From Blastocatellia bacterium (lineage in GTDB: Bacteria > Acidobacteriota > Blastocatellia > UBA7656): a stretch of 64,000 nucleotides of DNA. The number at the start of each line of letters is the position of its first letter. Positions within the stretch are counted from its first letter, which is position 1. Location: NCBI GenBank assembly GCA_963765495.1, contig CAVXWP010000006.1, positions 160,001-224,000 of the forward strand, read 5' to 3'. Below the pieces are notes generated by a model that worked only from the letters and a program-made list of their open reading frames with translations, had not been told where the DNA came from and searched no databases. This document shows positions 31,031-42,167 of the stretch, piece after piece. The position numbers and the translations under genes were made by a program.

Positions 31031-31898
31031 GATGAGCAGGCGCGATACGATTTTAGGTCTTGGGGCAGCGGCGATTGGGACATTATTCCTGCCGAAAATG
31101 GGCGGAGCTGCCCGTCTCGAACGAGTAGTCAAAAACGGGCGACTCAAGCAATCGGTATCGTGGTGGCCTTATCAGAGCCATTTCAAGCTGCCGGACTTTT
31201 GCAAGGCCGTCGCCGATATGGGGCTGACGGCGATTGATCTGCTTTCGGAAAACGAATGGCCTGTGTTGCGCGAGCACGGGCTGATCTGTTCGATGGGATA
31301 CCCCGCCGAAGGTGCAAAGATACCCGACGGCCTGAACAAGAAAGCCAATCACGACATCATAATTAAGGGGCTTGAGACAAGCATCCCTCGCGCGGCGAAA
31401 ATGGGAGTGCCAAACCTGATAGCCTTCTTTGGCAATCGCTTCGGCATCAGTGACGCCGAGGCGATTGATAACTGTGTGGCCGGGTTGAATCGCGTAAAGA
31501 AGATGGCCGAAGATCACGGCGTGACGGTGTGTGTGGAACTGCTAAACAGCAAGGTCGATCATAAGGATTATCAGGGCGATCACACTCCATTCGGGGTGCA
31601 GGTGATAAAGGCCGTGGCATCGCCGAAAGTGAAACTGCTTTACGACATCTATCACATGCAGATAATGGAAGGCGATGTCATACGCACCATCCGCGACAAT
31701 CACGAGTACATAGCTCATTACCACACGGGCGGCGTTCCCGGTCGCCACGAAATAGACGAGACGCAGGAACTCTACTGGCCTGCCGTCTGTAGAGCCATCG
31801 TAGAGACGGGTTTCAAGGGCTATCTCGCGCACGAATTCGTGCCCACACGCGACCCGCTCACATCGCTAAAACAGGCCGTTGCGCTTTGCGATGTTTAG
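31023..31898 (+). CDS. Hydroxypyruvate isomerase-family TIM barrel with a Tat-like leader
   Basis: 'SRRDTILG'; 'ELLNSKVDH', 'LLYDIYHMQIMEGD', 'GVPGRHE'. Confidence 0.88.
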   Translation: MVKMSRRDTILGLGAAAIGTLFLPKMGGAARLERVVKNGRLKQSVSWWPYQSHFKLPDFCKAVADMGLTAIDLLSENEWPVLREHGLICSMGYPAEGAKIPDGLNKKANHDIIIKGLETSIPRAAKMGVPNLIAFFGNRFGISDAEAIDNCVAGLNRVKKMAEDHGVTVCVELLNSKVDHKDYQGDHTPFGVQVIKAVASPKVKLLYDIYHMQIMEGDVIRTIRDNHEYIAHYHTGGVPGRHEIDETQELYWPAVCRAIVETGFKGYLAHEFVPTRDPLTSLKQAVALCDV

Positions 31899-31900
31899 TA

Positions 31901-31996
31901 CGTAACGCGTGATGCGTGATTCGTGATTTAGCAGGCTTGCAAGTTGTCTTTACCAGGCAAGTTCCTCGACAGTCACGCATCACGAATCACGCATCA
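31901..31996. repeat. Inverted heptamer element, CGTGATN family
   Basis: Repeat arms flank a core tttagcaggcttgcaagttgtcttt that is nearly identical to the core at about 34478. Confidence 0.85.
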
Positions 31997-34417
31997 CTAT
32001 TCGTATCTGAGCGCCTCAATCGGGTCTATCTTTGTTGCTTTTCGCGCAGGCGTGTAACAGGACAATAACGCGACCAGAGCAACAAGCAGCGCGACGCCTA
32101 AAAAGGTTACGGGGTCGGTTGCCTTCACATCAAACAACAGGCTCGACATCAATCGCGTGAGCGCGTAAGAGGCGATCAGACCCGTGGCCACGCCTGCTAT
32201 GATCAATACACCCGCCTGTCTGATTACCAGTAGAACCACGTTTCGCGGTTGCGCTCCGAGCGCCATACGTATGCCGATTTCGTGAGTGCGCTCGGTGATC
32301 TGATAATTCAGCACGCCGTAAATTCCTACTGCCGTAAGCACCAGCGCAAGCCCTGCAAACAACCCCATCAAGAGCATCAGGAATTGCTCCGGCGCGATTG
32401 ATGCGCTCAGCACTTCCGACATCGGACGGATTCCGGCAACAGGCATTTGCGGATCTGCCTGAGCGACCGCGCCGCGTAAAGCCGCGCTTAACTCTATCGG
32501 CCCCGACGTGCGCACGAGCCACGATGTGAGAAACCAGCGATTCATCGCCGCGTTCAATCCGTCAGGGACCTGCGGGAATGGGATATAGACCGTGCGAAAT
32601 GCGGGCCGGTCCAATCCCAGATCCTTAACATCTTTAACCACGCCGATGATCTGCCAGCTTCCGCCGTTAAACGTAACCTGCACGCCTAGGGGGTCGCTAT
32701 CGGGAAAAATGGAGTGCGCAAGCGATTCGTTTATGATCATAACGTGCTGGGATGCGGTCGTGTCGCTTTCGGTAAAGCTGCGCCCCTTGAGCAAAGGCAC
32801 GCCGATCGTATCGAAATAAGTGGCACTGACGGGGCGGGCCTCTACATAAAAATTCGCTTTTTCCCCGCCTCGATCAACCGCGATACCGGAGTTCAGCCCG
32901 CGTTCAAGCGGCAGGCTCAAGGTAGCGGCGGCAGCCGTCACTCCCGGTAATGCCTGAATACGCTCCAATACCTGTTGCTGAAATCTCCACGCCTCAGCCG
33001 TAGATTTATAACCGGCGGATGTAAGCGATACCTGCATCGTGGTGAGGTCGGTCATATCTATGCCGGTGTCTACTCTGCGAAGTCGGACAAAGCTTTCTAT
33101 CAACAGGGCAGCGCCAATCAGCAGGACGAGCGCCAGCGCCACCTCGCTTATGACCAGCAGACTGCGCATTCTGGAATCCAATCTTCCGCTGCCCTGTCTG
33201 CCCGTAGATGCCTTTATCACTTCGCTCAAACTCATCCGGGATGTTCGCAGGGCCGGAGCGATGCCAAACAAGAGGCTGGTCAGAAGCGATGCCAGGACGG
33301 CAAAGATTATGGCATGAGAATCTATGCCGATCTCTTGCAGGCGAGGCAAATCTCCGGGCGTCATCCGAAGCAACAGAGGCACGCTCCAGAAGGCGATCAG
33401 CAAGCCAGCGCCTCCGCCGACAAGCGCAAGCAGCAGGTTTTCAGTCATCAACTGGCGAAGGAGTCGCTTTCTTCCCGCGCCGAGCGCCGCGCGAATCGCC
33501 ATCTCCGCTTTTCGCGTAGACGCTCGCGCAAGCAACAGGTTCGCAACGTTTGCGCAGGCTATCAGAAGCACAAACCCCGCCGCGCCAAAAAGCAGCAGCA
33601 GGGTAGTGCCGATGTCGCCTACGACAACCTGCTGATAAGGCAGGAGGCGGATGCCTTCTTCGCGCGGTCCTATGTGGTCCGGGTAGGTCTGTCTGAAGGC
33701 GGGCAGGAGTTGATCCATTTCTGCCTGCGCCTGCTCGATTGTGATGCCGGGTTTCAGCCGGGCGAGCAGATTGGTGTTGTGGCCCTGATCCTTTACGTCG
33801 GCCTGGACCTGCAAAGGCACAAGCAGGTCAACCGGCGTCTCGAACTTGAAATCTCTGGGCAGGATGCCCGCGATTGTATAGCTCCGGCCGTTTAACAGGA
33901 TTTGCTCTCCGACAACGGCCGGGTTCGCTCCGAAGTGATCGCGCCAGATTCCGTCACCGAGTATGACGGCATTTGGCCCGTTTGGCATATCTTCTTCGGG
34001 GAGAAAATTTCGCCCCAGCGCCGGACGGACTCCGAGCAGATCGAGGAAATCGGACGAGACTCTGACCCCGCGCACCCGCGCAGGCTCGTCCGTCCCGGCC
34101 AGATTTAAACTCGCTCCGGCATCGGCGTAGCCGGCCGTCTTCTCAAAGCTCTTGCTGTTCTCCTTCCAGTAGACAAGCTGGGTGGTCGTAACTCCTACCG
34201 GAGAGGTCTGCCCTTGCCTGAATACCCACGAAGCAAAGACAATCCGGTCGGGTTCCTGATAAGGCAACTGGCGAAACAATACCCCGTTTACGACGCTGAA
34301 GATTGCCGTGTTAGCACCTATGCCTAGCGCGAGCGTCACGACTGCTACCAGCGTGAACACAGGCTTTTTGGCAAGCATTCGAACGGCGTATCGCATATCC
34401 TGCCACAGAGTTTCCAT
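31997..34417 (-). CDS. ADOP-type duplicated MacB/FtsX ABC permease
   Basis: 'DMRYAVRML', '[14 protein letters not shown]', '[13 protein letters not shown]', '[10 protein letters not shown]', '[10 protein letters not shown]'. Confidence 0.93.
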   Translation of the reverse strand: METLWQDMRYAVRMLAKKPVFTLVAVVTLALGIGANTAIFSVVNGVLFRQLPYQEPDRIVFASWVFRQGQTSPVGVTTTQLVYWKENSKSFEKTAGYADAGASLNLAGTDEPARVRGVRVSSDFLDLLGVRPALGRNFLPEEDMPNGPNAVILGDGIWRDHFGANPAVVGEQILLNGRSYTIAGILPRDFKFETPVDLLVPLQVQADVKDQGHNTNLLARLKPGITIEQAQAEMDQLLPAFRQTYPDHIGPREEGIRLLPYQQVVVGDIGTTLLLLFGAAGFVLLIACANVANLLLARASTRKAEMAIRAALGAGRKRLLRQLMTENLLLALVGGGAGLLIAFWSVPLLLRMTPGDLPRLQEIGIDSHAIIFAVLASLLTSLLFGIAPALRTSRMSLSEVIKASTGRQGSGRLDSRMRSLLVISEVALALVLLIGAALLIESFVRLRRVDTGIDMTDLTTMQVSLTSAGYKSTAEAWRFQQQVLERIQALPGVTAAAATLSLPLERGLNSGIAVDRGGEKANFYVEARPVSATYFDTIGVPLLKGRSFTESDTTASQHVMIINESLAHSIFPDSDPLGVQVTFNGGSWQIIGVVKDVKDLGLDRPAFRTVYIPFPQVPDGLNAAMNRWFLTSWLVRTSGPIELSAALRGAVAQADPQMPVAGIRPMSEVLSASIAPEQFLMLLMGLFAGLALVLTAVGIYGVLNYQITERTHEIGIRMALGAQPRNVVLLVIRQAGVLIIAGVATGLIASYALTRLMSSLLFDVKATDPVTFLGVALLVALVALLSCYTPARKATKIDPIEALRYE

Positions 34418-34432
34418 ACCTCTTGCCCCTTT

Positions 34433-34548
34433 CCGCGATGCGTGATGCGCTTTGTGATTCGTGATTCGTGATTCGTGATTTACCAGGCTTGCAAGTTGTT
34501 TTTATCACGCAGGCTCCTTGAAAATCACGGATCACGAATCACGAATCA
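34433..34548. repeat. Inverted heptamer element, CGTGATN family
   Basis: (cgtgatt)n ... (aatcacg)n between the two permeases. Confidence 0.85.
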
Positions 34549-36957
34549 TCATTCGTATCTTAGCGCAATCATCGGGTCTACCTTGATGGCCCGCCGGGCC
34601 GGGATATAGCTCGACATCACGGCCACAATCATAATCGCGAGCGACACGGCCGAGAAGATAACGGGGTCGGTTGCCGTCACTCCATAAAGCAGGCTCGACA
34701 TCAATCGCGTGAGAGCGAAGGCGCAAACCGCGCCTATCACAACGCCGATTACGGCGAGCAGCAATCCGTGGCCTACGACGAGCTTGAGCACGTGGCCGGG
34801 CCGAGCGCCGAGCGCCATGCGAATACCGATCTCTCTCGTGCTTTGATTCACAGTATAAGACATCACGCTGTAGATGCCTATCATCGCAAGGACGAGCGCC
34901 ACCGCAGCAAAGATGGTCAGCAGCACCATGTTCAGGCGGCTGTTGGAGACCGAATCCGCTATCACATCCTGCATGGTCTTGACGTTATAGATGGGCTGAG
35001 CCGGGTCAACTGCCAGCACCTCGGCGCGAATCGCGGAGACCAGGCTTGTGGGATCGTTTGTGGCGCGGGCGACCATGCTCATGTTCTTCCCGAGCGCTGA
35101 AGCTTGATCCTGAGTGTAAGGGAAAAATATCTCGGGCCGCGTGGGATTTGTGAGACCCGATTGCCTGACATCTCCGACAACTCCGATGACGGTCGCCCAG
35201 TCGGGTGTCAGGCCGCGAATGCGTTTGCCGATAGGGTCTTGATGGGGCATCAGGTCGCGCGCCAGAGTCTGGTTGATAATGATGACGGGAGCCCCGGTCT
35301 GATTATCCCGATCGTTGAAGAATCGCCCGGAGACAAGCGGCACACCGAGAGCTCGAAAGTAATCGGGGCTTATCGAGCGGAACTCGGCAAGCGGGGCCTG
35401 TCCCGGGGGATATGGTCCCTGTCCTTCGATTTCAATATCGCCGTTAAAGCCCCAGGATTGAACCGGCAACAGATTTATAATTCCCGCCGATTGAACTCCG
35501 GGCAGCGTCGTCACTCGATCAAGAACCTGCTTGTAGAAGAGGGCTGCCGTTTCAGGCGTGGGATACTTCGCATCGGGCAGCGAGATACCCATCGTCATAA
35601 CGTTTTCCGGGCGCAACCCTGTATCTACCTGTTGCAATCGAAAGAAGCTCTTTATCAAAAGCCCCGACCCGACGAGCAAAACAAGCGCCGCCGCGACTTC
35701 CACTACTACCAGAATGCTGCGAAGCCAGTTGCGCCGCGCGCTGTTGCCCGAACTGCCGCTCTCTTTCAGCACGTCCTGCACGCTCGATCTTGAAACCTGA
35801 AGCGCCGGAGCGAGCCCAAACCCTATCCCTGTCACGAGCGACAATAGCAAGGTAAATCCAAGCACGCGCCCGTCAAGTGTTACCTCGTCTGCGCGAGGGA
35901 GAAAACTTGCCGCGAGAGTCACGAGCGCCTGAAGACCGATTTTGGCAAGCGCGAGGCCCACGACACCGCCAAGCAGACCGAGCAAAACGCTTTCGGTCAG
36001 GAATTGTCGCATCAGCCGTCCGCGCCCAGCGCCCAGCGCCGAACGTATGGCGATCTCTCTTCGACGACCGGCCGCCCGCGCAAGCAGGAGGTTTGCTACA
36101 TTCGTGCAGGCGATAAGCAACACAAACCCGACCGCGCCGAGAAGTATCAACAGCGCCGGTCTGACGTTTCGGACCATCTCTTCCTGCAAGGGGATGAGCA
36201 GAACGCTGCGCCCGGACTGCTCTTCGGGGTACTGCTGCTCAAGCCGCGAGGCTATAACGCGCATCTGTTCCTCGGCCTGCGCCTCAGAAACGCCGGGCTT
36301 CAACCGTCCGAGCGCAAACAGAAAGTGGCTTCCTCTCGCCTGATTTTGAACGGGAGTCGTCACAAGGGGAACCCATAGCTCTGTCGTGCGTCTCGGAAAC
36401 TGAAAGCCTGCGGGCATCACGCCGACCACGGTAAAGCCTTCGCCTCCAAGCGCGATGTCTTTACCGAGAATCTGCGGATCGGACGAGAAGTTTCGCTTCC
36501 ATAGCTGATTGCTCAAGACGACTACGCGGTGGCCCGGCTGATCCTCTTCGGGCAGAAATCCTCTGCCCAATTGAGGCTCGACGCCAAGCACAGTAAACAT
36601 ATTTGCGGAGACGGTTGCGCCCTGAACGCGTTCGGGGTTATCCGACCCCTGTAAATTGAAATTGCCAAACTGGTAAGCGGCTATCTCGGTGAAAACATCA
36701 TTCTGCTCGCGCCAGTCTTTCAGATTGGGAACCGAAACCGTGCCCTGTCCGCCGGGAAGAAAGGTCTCCCAGAGCTTTATAAGCCTGTCAGGCTCTTTGA
36801 AGGGCAACGGGCGGAGCAGTACGGCGTTTACTACGCTGAATATCGCGCTGTTGGCCCCGATCCCAAGAGCCAGGGTAAGTATTGCAATTGCGGAAAAGAG
36901 GGGCTGCCTGCGGAGCATTCGACAGCCGTAACGAAAATCTTGCCAGAGAGTCATCAT
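34549..36957 (-). CDS. ADOP-type duplicated MacB/FtsX ABC permease
   Basis: Same signature motifs; ends 'VDPMIALRYE'. Confidence 0.93.
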   Translation of the reverse strand: MMTLWQDFRYGCRMLRRQPLFSAIAILTLALGIGANSAIFSVVNAVLLRPLPFKEPDRLIKLWETFLPGGQGTVSVPNLKDWREQNDVFTEIAAYQFGNFNLQGSDNPERVQGATVSANMFTVLGVEPQLGRGFLPEEDQPGHRVVVLSNQLWKRNFSSDPQILGKDIALGGEGFTVVGVMPAGFQFPRRTTELWVPLVTTPVQNQARGSHFLFALGRLKPGVSEAQAEEQMRVIASRLEQQYPEEQSGRSVLLIPLQEEMVRNVRPALLILLGAVGFVLLIACTNVANLLLARAAGRRREIAIRSALGAGRGRLMRQFLTESVLLGLLGGVVGLALAKIGLQALVTLAASFLPRADEVTLDGRVLGFTLLLSLVTGIGFGLAPALQVSRSSVQDVLKESGSSGNSARRNWLRSILVVVEVAAALVLLVGSGLLIKSFFRLQQVDTGLRPENVMTMGISLPDAKYPTPETAALFYKQVLDRVTTLPGVQSAGIINLLPVQSWGFNGDIEIEGQGPYPPGQAPLAEFRSISPDYFRALGVPLVSGRFFNDRDNQTGAPVIIINQTLARDLMPHQDPIGKRIRGLTPDWATVIGVVGDVRQSGLTNPTRPEIFFPYTQDQASALGKNMSMVARATNDPTSLVSAIRAEVLAVDPAQPIYNVKTMQDVIADSVSNSRLNMVLLTIFAAVALVLAMIGIYSVMSYTVNQSTREIGIRMALGARPGHVLKLVVGHGLLLAVIGVVIGAVCAFALTRLMSSLLYGVTATDPVIFSAVSLAIMIVAVMSSYIPARRAIKVDPMIALRYE

Positions 36958-37175
36958 TTATCTTGCCTCCGGGGGTTTGTGATGTATCGCTAATAAAGGT
37001 CGCAGATTTATTACGGCTCAATCCGCCTTTCAGGTGCTTTTTTTAGATGCTTTTTTCAGGTGCTCTTTTTTGGCTCTCAAAGATTGCGTGTCTGCAACGG
37101 GTACGAGGCCGAATAAAAAACCTACAATTGCGGCTCACTTTTTGGCTCTTTTCCGCTTATAAGCGCCCAAAGCAT

Positions 37176-37191
37176 CGGCACGATGGTTGCA
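37176..37191 (+). promoter_or_regulatory. Sigma54 (-24/-12) promoter
   Basis: CGGCAC-GATGG-TTGCA, 33 bp before the ATG at 37225. Confidence 0.65.
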
Positions 37192-37224
37192 ATAATATAA
37201 AAACGTGGAGATTCAAGGAGGAAA

Positions 37225-37656
37225 ATGATGACAGCCATACGAAGAACAGCAATAGCAGCGATTTTACTGATGATAGCGGCTGCACCGCTTGCGATGGGGC
37301 AGGTGCGTACGCAAACGCGGCTGAATTTTACAATCAATGTGCCTTACGCGATGGAGATGGGAGGCTATACGCTTTCGCCGGGCAAGTACATACTCTTGCA
37401 GAGCAGTCAGCAGCCAAATCTTTTCTCTCTATATGCGGAAGATTTAGCGCGTGAGCCTATCGCGATGATACAGACTACGCGGACCCGATATTGGACTATA
37501 CCCCAGGACAGAACGACAAAAATAGTACTGGAAATAGACGAGTCGAGCCTCGACAGTCGGCCGGTACTTCAAGGGTGGAATGTTCCCTATGCGGATGGAT
37601 GGGAAGTAACCAGCGTAGTCGCTAAGAACAACAATTACATGGTTCGAATCAAGTAA
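37225..37656 (+). CDS. Secreted beta-rich hypothetical protein
   Basis: Signal peptide; 'FTINVPYAMEMGGYTLSPGKY'; AAGGAGG SD. Confidence 0.75.
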   Translation: MMTAIRRTAIAAILLMIAAAPLAMGQVRTQTRLNFTINVPYAMEMGGYTLSPGKYILLQSSQQPNLFSLYAEDLAREPIAMIQTTRTRYWTIPQDRTTKIVLEIDESSLDSRPVLQGWNVPYADGWEVTSVVAKNNNYMVRIK

Positions 37657-37766
37657 GGCAGCCATGCCCCACCTGCGTGACTGATAAGAAACGCAGGCAA
37701 GATAAGGCCGTTCGGTTTCCGGGAGATTCATTGTAGAGATCTTCCTTCGGCTACCGAACGGTCTTG

Positions 37767-39911
37767 TTATTTTGGCTTCTCTGTCGCGAGCATCAGCACG
37801 TGTTTTTTCCAATCAGCAGGCGACATGGTATTCAGTTGCGAAGCCTCTGAGGCGGCGATGATTAATTGCCTGAGCGAAGGGATAATGACAAACTCAAGCG
37901 CGGCTTTGGGTTTTGCCGCCCCGTCGAGCACCTGAAGCTCTTTCTCGCGCCAGTCGGGCGGGGGTTCGGTTCCCGATGAGAGGTAAGAGATTGCTTCCAG
38001 CCCGATGTTCCCCATCCTTGACAGGTCTTTTGCAAGCGGATCGGCCTCGCGAAGTATCGGAGAGTTGGCAATCATCACATCCATCGCAAGCCGTACGTCG
38101 CGCCAGCGTGTAAACTCTTCGACAAGCGCCTCGCGGTAAGCTGAAAAGCGCGGAGCGTCGTCGAGCAACCCGTTAATCATCCGAGGGAGAGTGCGGCGGG
38201 CCGGGCTGTCGGGCCGCGCAACGTCTACAAGCTGTGTGAGCGGAGTCATTTGAGTAGATGGTTTCTGTTGTCCCCGGTTGTAGATTTTTACAGGCTCGAC
38301 CATATCGACAAGCGTTTTGAGCGGCGCGACATCCCGGCCCGCCGCGAGGCGTCTGAGCATCATTCCCACGTTCTTTTCGTGTGTAAGCCCAAGCTCTTCA
38401 AGCTCTCGGCTGACTATTTCAAGACGGCGATACATGTCATCTACGTCGGTGACGGTACGCGGCGACCAGAAGCGTTCGGCGATGGCGGCCAGGCGCGGCC
38501 AGATGCGCGAATCAATCGTGTCGGCGTCTACATATTCGCTCCACATGCAGGCTTCGCCCCCGAGTATGAGCGCCGCCTGTTGCGGGGTGAGGTCGCTGTT
38601 TTCGGCTATGGGGTCTACGGCGTAATGATCCGTTGTCGGCTGTATAAGATCAAGGTAATACCCGGCAGAGAGGATGCCGGAATATCCTTTTTTAGCGCCC
38701 TCAGCAAGCGAAGCCTGCCCGCGCCACGATTGAACGACTATATCTTTGGGCAAATCGGGATGGAATATCTCATCCCATCCGATCATCTTCTTGCCGTTTT
38801 TCGTGAGGATTTTCAAGAGGCGCTGATTGAAATAAGCCTGTAGCCCGTGATTGTCTTTAAGCCCTTTCTGCTTTATGAACTCTTGAATCTGCGGATTATT
38901 GCTCCACTGTTTGCCCTCGTTTTCATCGCCGCCGATATGCATGTAGGCATCGGGGAAGAGCGCGGCCATCTCGCTGAGAAACCCGTCAAGCAGCTTGTAA
39001 ACTTCTTCGCGTGTCGGGTCGAGGGCCGGGTCGAATATGCCGTATTGGCGTTCGATTTTGTAAGGGCCGGGGGCGGAGGCAAGCTCCGGGTGACCTACGA
39101 GCCAACTGGTCGCGTGGCCCGGCATATCGAATTCCGGGACTACGCGAATGCCCCGGTCGCGGGCGTAGGCTATGACATCGCGCACCTGTTCCTGAGTGTA
39201 GTAAAGTCCGTCCGAGCCCATCTGATGCAGGCGCGGATACTTCAGGCTTTCGACGCGAAATCCCTGATCTTCGGTCAGGTGCCAGTGAAATACGTTCAGC
39301 TTGACAGCCGCCATCCCGTCGAGGTTTCGCTTGATTACAGCGACCGGCTGAAAGTGGCGGCAGGAATCTATCAGCAGACCGCGCCACGGAAAACGAGGCT
39401 TATCCTGAATCTGTGCCAGAGGCAGAAAGTACCCTTCACGGTCGCCTTCGACAAGTTGCAGAAATGTTTCAAGCCCTCTGAGCACGCCCACTGCGGTCGG
39501 GGCTTTCATCACCGCTTGAGAGGCAGATATTTCGAGCGAATAGGATTCGTCTTCATCAACCGAGGGGACAGCCTTTCCCGGCCCCGCGCATTCGATGACG
39601 AGCGTGGCGGTCTCGGGTGAAACCGTCAGAGGTGAACCTGTTTCTGTGCGGGAAAATTCAAGCCCCGTATGCCTCTCCAACCGCCTGAGCGCCCGATCAA
39701 CGCCGGCCTGCAAACGCCCGTCCGTATGTCCTTTCACGGCTACGGTGAAAGAGGCCGTAAGCGCGAGCCTTCCGGGTTCAAAGCGCACAGAGGCAGGCAC
39801 AGGCATCAGATGATGTTCGCGTGTTGCCGCAGGCATCCGGTCTTCCTGAGCATAAGCGCTCAAAGCGCAGAGCATAAGCGAAATCATAAGGATCAGCACA
39901 GTAGTTTTCAT
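37767..39911 (-). CDS. Beta-N-acetylhexosaminidase (GH20)
   Basis: 'DKPRFPWRGLLIDSCRHF', 'PEFDMPGH', catalytic 'HIGGDE', 'GGEACMWSE'. Confidence 0.95.
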   Translation of the reverse strand: MKTTVLILMISLMLCALSAYAQEDRMPAATREHHLMPVPASVRFEPGRLALTASFTVAVKGHTDGRLQAGVDRALRRLERHTGLEFSRTETGSPLTVSPETATLVIECAGPGKAVPSVDEDESYSLEISASQAVMKAPTAVGVLRGLETFLQLVEGDREGYFLPLAQIQDKPRFPWRGLLIDSCRHFQPVAVIKRNLDGMAAVKLNVFHWHLTEDQGFRVESLKYPRLHQMGSDGLYYTQEQVRDVIAYARDRGIRVVPEFDMPGHATSWLVGHPELASAPGPYKIERQYGIFDPALDPTREEVYKLLDGFLSEMAALFPDAYMHIGGDENEGKQWSNNPQIQEFIKQKGLKDNHGLQAYFNQRLLKILTKNGKKMIGWDEIFHPDLPKDIVVQSWRGQASLAEGAKKGYSGILSAGYYLDLIQPTTDHYAVDPIAENSDLTPQQAALILGGEACMWSEYVDADTIDSRIWPRLAAIAERFWSPRTVTDVDDMYRRLEIVSRELEELGLTHEKNVGMMLRRLAAGRDVAPLKTLVDMVEPVKIYNRGQQKPSTQMTPLTQLVDVARPDSPARRTLPRMINGLLDDAPRFSAYREALVEEFTRWRDVRLAMDVMIANSPILREADPLAKDLSRMGNIGLEAISYLSSGTEPPPDWREKELQVLDGAAKPKAALEFVIIPSLRQLIIAASEASQLNTMSPADWKKHVLMLATEKPK

Positions 39912-40061
39912 AATAGACCTCAAAAAATTGATTGAATCGAAGGATGAACAAACTATCCTAGCGTGATTGAGGCGTCAAGGCGAGGTGCTCGAATCGCTTT
40001 CACGTTTTCGAATCTCTGATAAAATCTCAGGAAACTTCCGATTGAATATAGTAAGGAAAGG

Positions 40062-40370
40062 ATGAAACGGATGACGGACATACAGGTAACAGTGCTGGCT
40101 CAGTTCAAGGCAAAAGAAGGGATGGAAGACCGCGTCAAGCAGGAGTTGCTGGCGCTGGTAACGCCTACGCTTACAGAGCCGGGCTGTCTCAATTACAACC
40201 TGCATCAATCGCCCGACGATAAGAGGCTTTTCATGTTTTATGAGAACTGGCGAGAGAAGGCAGACCTCGACAGACATTTCGAGATGCCGCATCTGGTCGA
40301 GCTTGAGGGTAAACTCGGCGAGATGCTGGCCGAACCCGTTTCGATAACACTTTGGCAGATGATTGCCTGA
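40062..40370 (+). CDS. ABM-family (putative quinol monooxygenase) protein
   Basis: 'EPGCLNYNLHQ', 'FYENW', 'HFEMPH'. Confidence 0.88.
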   Translation: MKRMTDIQVTVLAQFKAKEGMEDRVKQELLALVTPTLTEPGCLNYNLHQSPDDKRLFMFYENWREKADLDRHFEMPHLVELEGKLGEMLAEPVSITLWQMIA

Positions 40371-40604
40371 ACAGGCTCAGGCGTAAGAAAAAAGGTCGTC
40401 TTTATGGCTGAATCCAACCGGTCCCGGCGCGATTTCCTGAGACACGCGGTTGTCGGTTTTGGAGCCGCGCTCCCATCCAAAAGGCTCACCGTATCGTCAG
40501 CCTCTGCACCATATCGTCTATAAATATTATGGGATTTACGGCGCTGCCTGCCGTAAAGGCTAATTATAAGTGCATTTAAGCGGTTCGGGGTAAAATTGAA
40601 TCGC

Positions 40605-40620
40605 TGGCACGGTCATTGCA
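40605..40620 (+). promoter_or_regulatory. Sigma54 (-24/-12) promoter
   Basis: TGGCAC-GGTCA-TTGCA, a perfect consensus. Confidence 0.75.
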
Positions 40621-40664
40621 GCAATTAAAGGAAACGTGGCCACCTGCCGCGTAGATCGGAAATT

Positions 40665-41156
40665 ATGGAGGGAAATATGATTACGCTTAATAAGAGAATA
40701 GGAGCTGCGGCGTTGGGTCTCGTGATGTTATTTGCTGCTGCGATGCCCGCAAGCGCTCAGGGTCGTCGTTGGAGGAACCGCGATGATCTGTCTACGAAGG
40801 AGAAAGTTGCCATCATCGGTGGCGGCGCGGCAGTGGGAGCCGTTGTCGGCGGACTGCTCGGGGGTAAGAAGGGCGCTGTCATCGGTGGCGTCGCAGGCGG
40901 TGGCGCAGGCACGGGTTATGTAGTGCTGAAGGACAGACAGAACGATGACCGCTACGGTTATTATGACGGTCGTAATTACCGCGATTATCGCTACAACCGT
41001 CGCGGAGTCTACAGCAACGGCAGCCGGTACTACAACGATACCCGCTACAACAATACACGCTACAACGACACGCGGTACTACAATGACAGCCGGTACTACA
41101 ATAACAACTATCGTTCAAACGTTCGCGCCCGCAGAAACAATCGCCGGTGCAATTGA
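40665..41156 (+). CDS. Secreted glycine-zipper protein with a Tyr/Asn/Arg-rich repeat tail
   Basis: Signal peptide; 'IIGGGAAVGAVVGGLLGGKKGAVIGG'; RYYND/RYNNT repeats. Confidence 0.85.
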   Translation: MEGNMITLNKRIGAAALGLVMLFAAAMPASAQGRRWRNRDDLSTKEKVAIIGGGAAVGAVVGGLLGGKKGAVIGGVAGGGAGTGYVVLKDRQNDDRYGYYDGRNYRDYRYNRRGVYSNGSRYYNDTRYNNTRYNDTRYYNDSRYYNNNYRSNVRARRNNRRCN

Positions 41157-41178
41157 TAGCAGCTTTCGATGCTGAGAG

Positions 41179-42165
41179 ATGGCTGCTAGAATGTTTGCAG
41201 AGGGAGCGATGGCGAGAAAGAGCTACAAGTTAATCTTTTCGATTGCCACGCTTGCCTTAATGTTTACAGGTTTCACAACAGGTCAGGCCGCGCAAGGACA
41301 AAAATCGAACGCGTTTCAAAAGAGGCGCGTCGCCGCGCGCGGCCATCTGACCTCCTCTCGCGACACTTATCAAATCATCACCTGGCAAACAGAGAACCCA
41401 TCTCCTGAATCAGGGGTGTATGCTCAGGCTCACCTCGCGATAGAGACTACCGAACCCAAACCGCGCACGTTGTGGAAAACAGACGGCGGCGAGTCTTATT
41501 ACGAAGTAAATTCGATTCAGGTAAGCGATCTGGACGGCGACGGTGTGCCGGAAATAGCAAGCCTGTGGTGGGTAGGCGCATCGGCCGGGGCCACGCTTCG
41601 GGTCTTTCACTGGAACAAAGAAAGCCAGACCTTCGTCGAGCTTCAGCCCGAAGGCGGCAACGAAATAGGCGGCATCCATCGTTATAGCATCGTCTCCGCA
41701 AGCGGCAGAGCAGCAAAGACCGGTCGCAGCCGTCTGGTTGTTTATACGCGAAGCGGGCGCGGCGCGGGCTGGCCGCCGGTCGCAGTCGGTCAATATGAAG
41801 TGCGCGGAGGGGATCTGACGCGCGTCGGAGGCAGGATGAATGAGCCAAAGCAGACTGAATCCGGTATTGAAGGCATAGCGACGATCACACCCATTCGTCC
41901 GGGGCCGATTCGCCTGGGCGATAAGATGCCTTCTCAGGCTCCTTACCAGACGACTATGCTGGTCCTGACTAAAGACGACCGCGAGGTGACACGCTTCACA
42001 ACAGGCTCTGATGGCCGATTTCGTGTCTCGCTCGCGCCGGGCCAGTACTCTATCCGGCCTCTGGAAGAATCGAGAAGATTTCCAAGAGGCGGCCACGCGG
42101 AGGTAACCGTCCGCGCGGGCCAGTTCACGCACGTCGACCTGACTTTCGACAGCGGTATGCGGTAG
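41179..42165 (+). CDS. Secreted hypothetical protein with an FG-GAP-like motif and a C-terminal carboxypeptidase-regulatory-like domain
   Basis: 'DLDGDGVPEI'; 'TTGSDGRFRVSLAPGQYSI'. Confidence 0.7.
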   Translation: MAARMFAEGAMARKSYKLIFSIATLALMFTGFTTGQAAQGQKSNAFQKRRVAARGHLTSSRDTYQIITWQTENPSPESGVYAQAHLAIETTEPKPRTLWKTDGGESYYEVNSIQVSDLDGDGVPEIASLWWVGASAGATLRVFHWNKESQTFVELQPEGGNEIGGIHRYSIVSASGRAAKTGRSRLVVYTRSGRGAGWPPVAVGQYEVRGGDLTRVGGRMNEPKQTESGIEGIATITPIRPGPIRLGDKMPSQAPYQTTMLVLTKDDREVTRFTTGSDGRFRVSLAPGQYSIRPLEESRRFPRGGHAEVTVRAGQFTHVDLTFDSGMR

Positions 42166-42167
42166 TC

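Noticed and set aside
31997-36957. Novel ATPase-less transporter
   Set aside because: Tandem orphan MacB-like permeases are an already described, highly expanded acidobacterial family
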